Shown here piece after piece: positions 57,476 through 64,000 of a stretch of DNA of 64,000 nt (the first letter of the stretch is position 1; every line of letters starts with the position of its first letter). The stretch is from positions 3,596,001-3,660,000 of the forward strand of contig OZ116711.1 in NCBI GenBank assembly GCA_964199315.1, written 5' to 3'. The stretch is from Orbicella franksi. Taxonomy: Eukaryota. The notes under the pieces are model-generated. The model made no database searches. It saw only the letters and a program-made list of their open reading frames with translations, and was not told the DNA's origin. Made by a program: the position numbers and the translations under genes.

Positions 57476-59548
57476 AATCATGCACCGCGGTTACACAGGA
57501 CATGATTACCCGTGACCTTGAGTGGCCTTGAAATGATTATTGTATAATCTGCAGCTAGATGACGTCACAGGCGCTGATTTCGAAAATTCATTGTACGCTT
57601 TCGGCCAATCAGAAAAGAGATAGTAAGTTCAATGTGTAATAATAGAAGAAATCAATTGGAATCACGCGCGCGATGCCACTGACTACGGAAGGAATCATGT
57701 GAAATTACACGCGTGATGCCACTGACTACAGAAGAAATCAAACAAAATTAAGCGCGTGATGCCACTGACCACAGCAGGAATCAAGTGAAATTAAGCGCGT
57801 GATGCCACTGACTACAGAAGGAATCAAACTCAATATAACACGCGCGATGACGCCGACTATAGAAGAAATCAAGTGAAATTACGCGCGAGATGTCACTGAT
57901 TAGTAGAAGAAATCGAGTGAAATTACGCACGTGATGTCATTGACTACAGAAGAAATCAAATGTGCCACTGACTACAGCAGGAATCAAGTGAAATTACGCA
58001 CGCGCTGCCACTGACTACAGAAGGAATCAAGCTCAACATAACGCCGAATATAGAAGGAATCAAGTGAAATTACGCTCGGGATGCCACTAACTAGCAGAAG
58101 GAATCGAGTGAAATTATGCACGTAATGTCACTGACTACAGAAGGAATCAACTGTGCCACTGCCACTACAGTAAGAATCAAGTGAAATTACGTGCGCCCTG
58201 CCACTGACTACAGAAGGAATCATGTGAAATTACGCGCGCGATGCCACTGATTACAGTGTAAGAATGAAGTGAAATTAGGCACGCGATGACACTGACTATA
58301 GCAGGAATCAAGGTCAATAACGCGTGTGATTACACCGACTGCAGAAGGAATCAAGTGAAATTACGCGCGGGATGCCACTCACTACAGAAGGAATCAAGAA
58401 TCAAGTGAAACAACGCGCGTGATGCCACTTACTACAGAAGAAAATTAGTCAAGTTACGCGCGCGATGTCACTCAGTACAAAAGGACTCAAGGCGAAAAAA
58501 ACTGAGATGTTTGTATCACCAGGGATGAATCGCGCGCGAAAGTCCCGCGCGATGCCTGACTGGATTAGTCATATCAAGTTAAGGTCATGTACGCAGATTT
58601 TCGTGCAGATGTACTACGTATTAGGATTTCTGAACTTGACGTTATTAAAAAGACGGTATAAAGATAATTTTACTAAATTTACTTCAAAATGGCAATAGTT
58701 GCTGTTGCTTCATGTTATTTTATTTCACTGACAAGAGTAAAATAAATTTGTACCAGCATTTTATATACTCAGTATACACCTCAATCAAAGACAGATAATA
58801 CAAATTTGAAGTTAACGAATAGCAAAGGGTATAAATTATCCAAGTAAGCAATTAAATTCAAAGGTTTTTTAAATCGCGGAAATTTGTATTTTGAGACCAA
58901 ATATGTTGAAAAATTTTCCAAGAAAATGTTGAAATTGGTTTTCTTTTTGAAAATTTCTAAAAGCTGTATTTGGGAATGCCTTGCATTTGTAAATTTAATA
59001 CTATTTGTGCACTATAGTAAATATCTATAGCGCAACGCAAAACACGGGTTAAAAGTTTGGCTGCAGTACTTCGGCGAGCCCTTAGGGCGAATCAGAGTTC
59101 AAATAACAAGTAGAAATGTTCGGTGATACGCACATTCAAATGTCTAGTAAGACACGTTTTATCCTCATAGTGTCATCCCTAGACTTCCAAAAAATCAATA
59201 AAAAAAATACTGATAATGTACAGGCAATTAGGTTCCAGTCTTTCTCCGTAGCATTTAAATTGAATTGAGGATGTATGTTGAAGAATACGAAACGTCTTTC
59301 CAGCAGACTTAAAGATAGGTCCGTATATTATCAGTTTTTCACTACTCAATCATTTCTTTTACAATAAGTTTCTAGTCTTTCTCCATAATATTTAAATTGA
59401 ACTGAATTGTATTCCTTCAGAGGAGCATCTGGCCATTTTTTTCCGTACGGTACTCGGCTTTCGCAGCTGTCCTGATAGCATCTGTCGTTTTCTGAATCCA
59501 CTTGTTAAGCTTGATAGAAAAAAAAATTCGCAGTATATTCAATGAAAC

Positions 59549-61187
59549 TCATTTTTCGCATACAGCTCCCTGCTCAAACCTGTATTGTGCCATTTGACAG
59601 ATTCCGTACAGATGAACAAACGCTGCAGCCAGAACAAGTAAATGGAAGATCTGATGGCTCTGGAACTAAAGAAGATAGAAACGATACTTTAAATGTGACA
59701 AAAGGATAAATCGGTAGGCGATAAAAGTTTTTGCTTAACAGACTTTTCAAAGGTCTGTTAAGCAAAAACTTCTTTTGAGTTTTAGTTTCCAGTATGTCGG
59801 CAGGAACTCGTTGTTTGATTGTGGCTGATGGTATCCGCTGGCCTGCGAGCAAGGTCACCTCTGGGTTACACGCGCATGCAGCGACCCTGTTCGTTGGAAG
59901 TTAGCGCCCCGCTGAAAATTACTCGCCAAATGGAGTGAGTGGAACGGGGGAGCCAATTCTCTTGGCTTATACAAACTGAAGCAACGAAAAGAGAGACACT
60001 AGAATATGAAAGTTATCTGCTCACCCAGATGTCACATTTGCCGGGAAAAAATCTCTCAGGAATCCTTGTAGCATACATGACAGCACTGGCAGTGTACAAG
60101 AGGCACATGAGAGATACCCATCCACCGGCCGCCTGTCGATAAGCTAGCGTCAAACCGTACTCAGCTATCAGGTGAATGGCGGGAATAAATCCAGAATATC
60201 CAAAAGAAATTACTAGACCTGTAAAACACATGATTGTAAGGTTACTGATCGTACATAGCCTGCTTAGCTGGGCATAGCGCGAACGTGATACACGGGCTGG
60301 GAGCTCGACAACAAGCGCTTTTTTTTCGCACTCCGCCTTCGCACTTCGCTCTCGAGAATCATTCTCGCCTTTGCTCCGCTAAACTACGTGTTCTGTAGGC
60401 CATACTAGATCGTGCATTGCATTCAAGTCCAGCGCCTGGGTTTTGTGCGCACCTTTACTGGGAACGGATTTCATGTTGCTACATCACGCTTTAAGTGCCA
60501 GAGTAACAAACTGGACAAGTTATAGAGTTTTAGACGCTGAAATAGCTTTGCCTCGGATTTGCCTCTCTTAGATGTCTGGTGATCCTCGTTTTTTCTTTCA
60601 AAAGATCGATTCATTTATTGCTAATCTCCACTTTCACAGGAAGCAAAATGTCTGAGTATGTGAAAGTTGTTTCAATTGTTGTTCTACTCGCGAGCGATCG
60701 AATTCACCTCATATGTCTGAGTGACTACGCATGTCTTAGAAGCATCCGCATGAGAAGTATATTCTACCTGAGGGAATTACATCCTTGACGAGACATTCTG
60801 CTTTCTAAAGAAGACACGCTGCAAAAGCATCGTAATACGACGTCTAAGAAAACGCTACCCACAAATGCTCTAAAAAAATATATAAAAACCTTACCTGCTC
60901 TCAACAGTCGGTACTCAGGAGCGTTGAACTTGTCCCACAAAGAAACGATGATGCAAATGATACCAAGAGAACAGATCAGACAAATGTAAACGACCTTGAG
61001 AACTCTTGAACAATAGAATCCATAATAAAGAGGAGGGATGAAAGATCCCATAATGAAGATAGCAATGCCTGAGTAGTCAAGTCTTAAAAAACAATAGTAC
61101 AAAATGTCAGTCACTTTCCAAGTAATGAAAAGTATGAACATGGAAAACAGAAACTTTACATCGAAGCATTTTAATGATAAACTATCA

Positions 61188-61226
<39 letters not shown>

Positions 61227-62141
61227 AATAAGATTTACATTTTCATACATTTACATAAACTAATAACAGTGAGGTAACTGTAACTTTTACTACAGCAAAA
61301 ATATTTTGACTCTCTGGCTGGCTAAATGACTGACTTACTGCAGATCTAGACTGACGACTGACTGACTGACTGATTGAGTGACTGACGGACGGACTGACTG
61401 ACTGACTGACTGGCTAGCTTGCTGACTGACTGACTGGCTGGCTGGCTGGCTGGCTGAATAACTGACTGACGGACGGCGAGACGGACCGACCGAGACCGAC
61501 TGGCTGGCTGGCTGATGGACGGACGGACTGATTGACTGACTGACTACCTGATTGAGTAACTGAATGAATGACTGATTCTAATCTACGTTTAAACCTTACC
61601 TGCGAAATATCTTGGAAACCACCTTAGAGTGACAGTAGACGGTGTGAAAAATCCACGAAATACCCAAACACAAGATTGCACCGGCAAAGAAACAACCAAA
61701 TATAAGCTTCTCCTGCCAGTCTTTAGGAAATGGGGGGTAAGCAGTGATTGGTCGTAAAAGCATGTAACTTGTAATGCAAACAAAGATAATAAAACCAATC
61801 AAGTGAGTCCATATATTTCCAGTTTCACTGTGAATTTTAAAAATGCTCTTGAAGCAGGATGTAAAGGATGGCATGGGCGGTCTGTGGAAGTGAGATAAAA
61901 ACTCGTTCCCGCGTAGCCATTCCGGAAGTTCAGAGTGGGACAGAAGTTTCCTTCTTGAGGGTTCTGTGGTTCGCTCTGGGCAATCCGATAGCTCATACTG
62001 AGGTAAAAGATATCTTTCAGGAGGTACTAACTCTATGGCTCTCGGTGAAACAATCTTGAGTTGCTCTGCAGCACCATTCATGCTTTCTTGTACATTCTCC
62101 TCTGAATTTTTCTGTTTATCTTTTTCACTATAGTCGGACAT
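59549..62141 (-). CDS. ADIPOR: Adiponectin receptor (PAQR family): join(62141..61600,61082..60895,60218..60025,59665..59549), 346 aa
   Basis: Diagnostic LPEWLRGNEFL..HRPPMPSF..CFKSIF.IHSETGNIWTHL, SWIFHTVYCHS, RLDYSGI, YATRIPERFFPGKCDIW and FQSHQIFH. All three introns are GT-AG with matching phases, 1041 nt in total. Confidence 0.95.
60256..60407. mobile_element. 152-bp TAG...CTA element in ADIPOR intron 2, 9-bp TSD (8/9)
   Basis: Flanks gatcgtaca (60247-60255) and gatcgtgca (60408-60416). The TIR is eroded. Confidence 0.6.
61313..61578. repeat. Compound tetranucleotide microsatellite (GACT/GGCT/GACG)n in ADIPOR intron 1
   Basis: Runs of gact, ggct and gacg ending ~20 nt from the exon-1 donor. 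Confidence 0.92.
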
Positions 62142-62148
62142 GTCTTTT

Positions 62149-62410
62149 CTGGAGTTAATATACAGTACTTCCTACCGTTAGCTTGCAAAGACTCTTTTTC
62201 TGTTTTCACCATGAAGACCTACAAAATGAAACATGCAAGGAATACTTCATGAACAAACTAAACAGAGTTTTTAGGTTTGGTAATATGAACAGCAAAAAAA
62301 ATTCGGGTTTAGTTCTCCTGCTTCAAATGTTAACTTACTGCGGTATAATAGAGCAATTAAGTGAGCTCATTTACTTGTTTTCGCACCGTTGTGCTGATTA
62401 ATAATCTCAC
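62149..62410 (-). other. Probable 5'-UTR intron of ADIPOR
   Basis: Donor AG|GTGAGA at 62411/62410 and acceptor aactccag| at 62149/62148, 7 nt before the ATG. Confidence 0.6.
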
Positions 62411-64000
62411 CTGTTTTCAAGTCCGCACTAGCCTGGATAAATTTGAATTCAAAAACGCAATTTTTTTCCGTCGGCTAGCTTGACCTATAGCTCACACAAA
62501 ACGACGTTTTCCACCACCAAAACATAGCTTTTTCGGAAACGGAAATACGTTACAATCGAATTTCTGACAACGCTAATGTCGCTTCTGTTTTGGGGCTGTT
62601 TTCAGTGCGGACAGAAAGCAAAGCCGAGAGAAAAGTGAGGATGGAAAATATTTTATCCGTTTTCGTGGCGAAAAATGACGGCTTCAAACGCAAATACTGG
62701 GATTATTTGGGGCGGAGCTTGACTGGCAGTTCCAAACTTTAGCAAGAGAAGCCAAAAGTTTAAACTCGTTTGCTTCTAACCCTTATTTCATCTCAAACTC
62801 GTCACTCTCGCTCATAAACTCTCTACTTCTGTCGTCGAATTTAAACATGCTTAAACTTCATAACAGTCGACGAGAGTTTTCGCTCTCGCACCGCACAAGT
62901 GTTGTCAACTCTCGTGTATTGGCGACGCTCGAATGATAGTCAATGAATTAACTCTTGGCAGTTATTACCTTCTTTTTGCGCGGACTTGTTTTTTTGTTAG
63001 GGGGGTAGGTAGGGAGGGGGCTCTTGACGCTAGACCCTGACCGAGTATTTCATCACTGCATCATTCATTCAAATCAATAACTTAAGCCAATAAATACCAG
63101 ATGCAATAACAATGAAGTCAATAAAAGAGGCTTCGCGTGGCTCAAACGGGCTAAACTGCTCTCTTTTGAAGCATTGAGGTAAGCGTTTTACGGTCTTTTC
63201 GCGGAAAGCATTAAAACAAGTTCACATAAAGCCGGTGCGCATATTTTATACTGGTAATTCCGAGTATGATTCCATTATACCGGCGTTACTGAGGCCACGG
63301 AGATTGAATCGAATCCCCTGAGCGCATAAGATAATGAAAGATAGGTTATGTTACTGGCACAATAAAAATAATGGTCGAGTTGTGTCTTAATTGATGTGAT
63401 CATAAACTGTCAAGTTATATACTCGTTTCACACTTTGACTGATTCGGTGTGTTTGTAGTTACATACCTTATGGTAATCTCCGATGTCCGTGCAGGTCCAT
63501 GGTCTGTTTCGGCGCTGTTGATATATTGTAATGAACGGCCGGCCTCGTGATACAAAGGTAGCTATGAACAGGATCTCCTGAATCAGAATTGTATCGAGTT
63601 TCCGCTCTCAGCAAATGACGTCTCGGACAATAGAGAGCGCACAAAGCCGGGTCTTAACTTTAATCTCTAAAGAACTCCAGACTATGTTTAATAAATCATT
63701 CAAACACATCACCGCGACATGCGTATGAATATTTTCACTCCTATAATAACACCATGGTAAAGCAAGCTCTCAAGCACTTGTTTTCGGTTTTCAAGCAAAA
63801 CTAGCTCGGACTCAAGATGAAAAAAATTATAGTTAAATTTTAAATTAATCGCCGTTTTTTTCCTAGTTTTATAAATCACTCAGTGCTAGTCTAGATTCCA
63901 AGCTATAGGTGAGAATGTTTATCAACTAAAGTCGAGCACGGTGTGATTATAGTTTTTGGTGGAATACCACATTTCGTCATCTCAGACCGACCATCCGGGC

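Larger units (their letters stand above)
56692..57645. mobile_element. Host MITE inserted in the minisatellite, itself carrying two nested elements
   Basis: Starts taaacaattattggataagg and ends ggccaatcagaaaagagatagtaagttcaatgtgtaataat. The motif gacatgattaccc is split at 56883-57078 and intact at ~57497. Confidence 0.6.
56450..58562. repeat. 43-bp minisatellite (~5 units at 56450-56690, ~21 units at 57645-58562) split by nested MITEs
   Basis: Consensus aatcaagtgaaattacgcgcgcgatgccactgactacagaagg, period 43 (58201 to 58244). Confidence 0.93.

Noticed and set aside
57095-57515. ORFs rich in LCLCLC / HKHKHK / MLMLM
   Set aside because: Translations of the (AGCATA)n repeat in a foldback element.
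57645-58562. 43-bp array as a CRISPR locus
   Set aside because: Units are contiguous with no unique spacers, there are no cas genes, and the context is eukaryotic.
60764-61222. 152-aa ORF (and 59574-59858, 60013-60231) as independent genes
   Set aside because: They are ADIPOR exons with intronic read-through, or an off-frame overlap of exon 4.

Overview
AT-rich eukaryotic genomic DNA with spliceosomal introns. The repeat content looks anthozoan (stony-coral-like), an assignment from recalled repeat families rather than a search. All five well-supported protein genes are on the minus strand. Four form a tandem family of uncharacterised cysteine-rich cell-surface proteins built from a 4-Cys repeat with a C-x-Q-x-C core. 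Three of these (5697-6278, 14320-14901, 25123-25704) have a signal peptide, 20 Cys, a TM helix and a short tail. The fourth is split by an intron, join(33603..33396,32673..32315), and has 28 Cys and a GPI-like C-terminus. The fifth gene is a complete 4-exon adiponectin-receptor (PAQR) gene at 59549-62141. The first two Cys-rich genes lie in a ~6.8-kb segmental duplication (1-6830 and 8461-15450). Five stretches between the Cys-rich genes look like decayed leucine-rich-repeat genes on the same strand. The rest is MITEs, SINEs, mini- and microsatellites, and an ~11-kb CpG-depleted block with no clear protein. All alignments and counts were done by eye.
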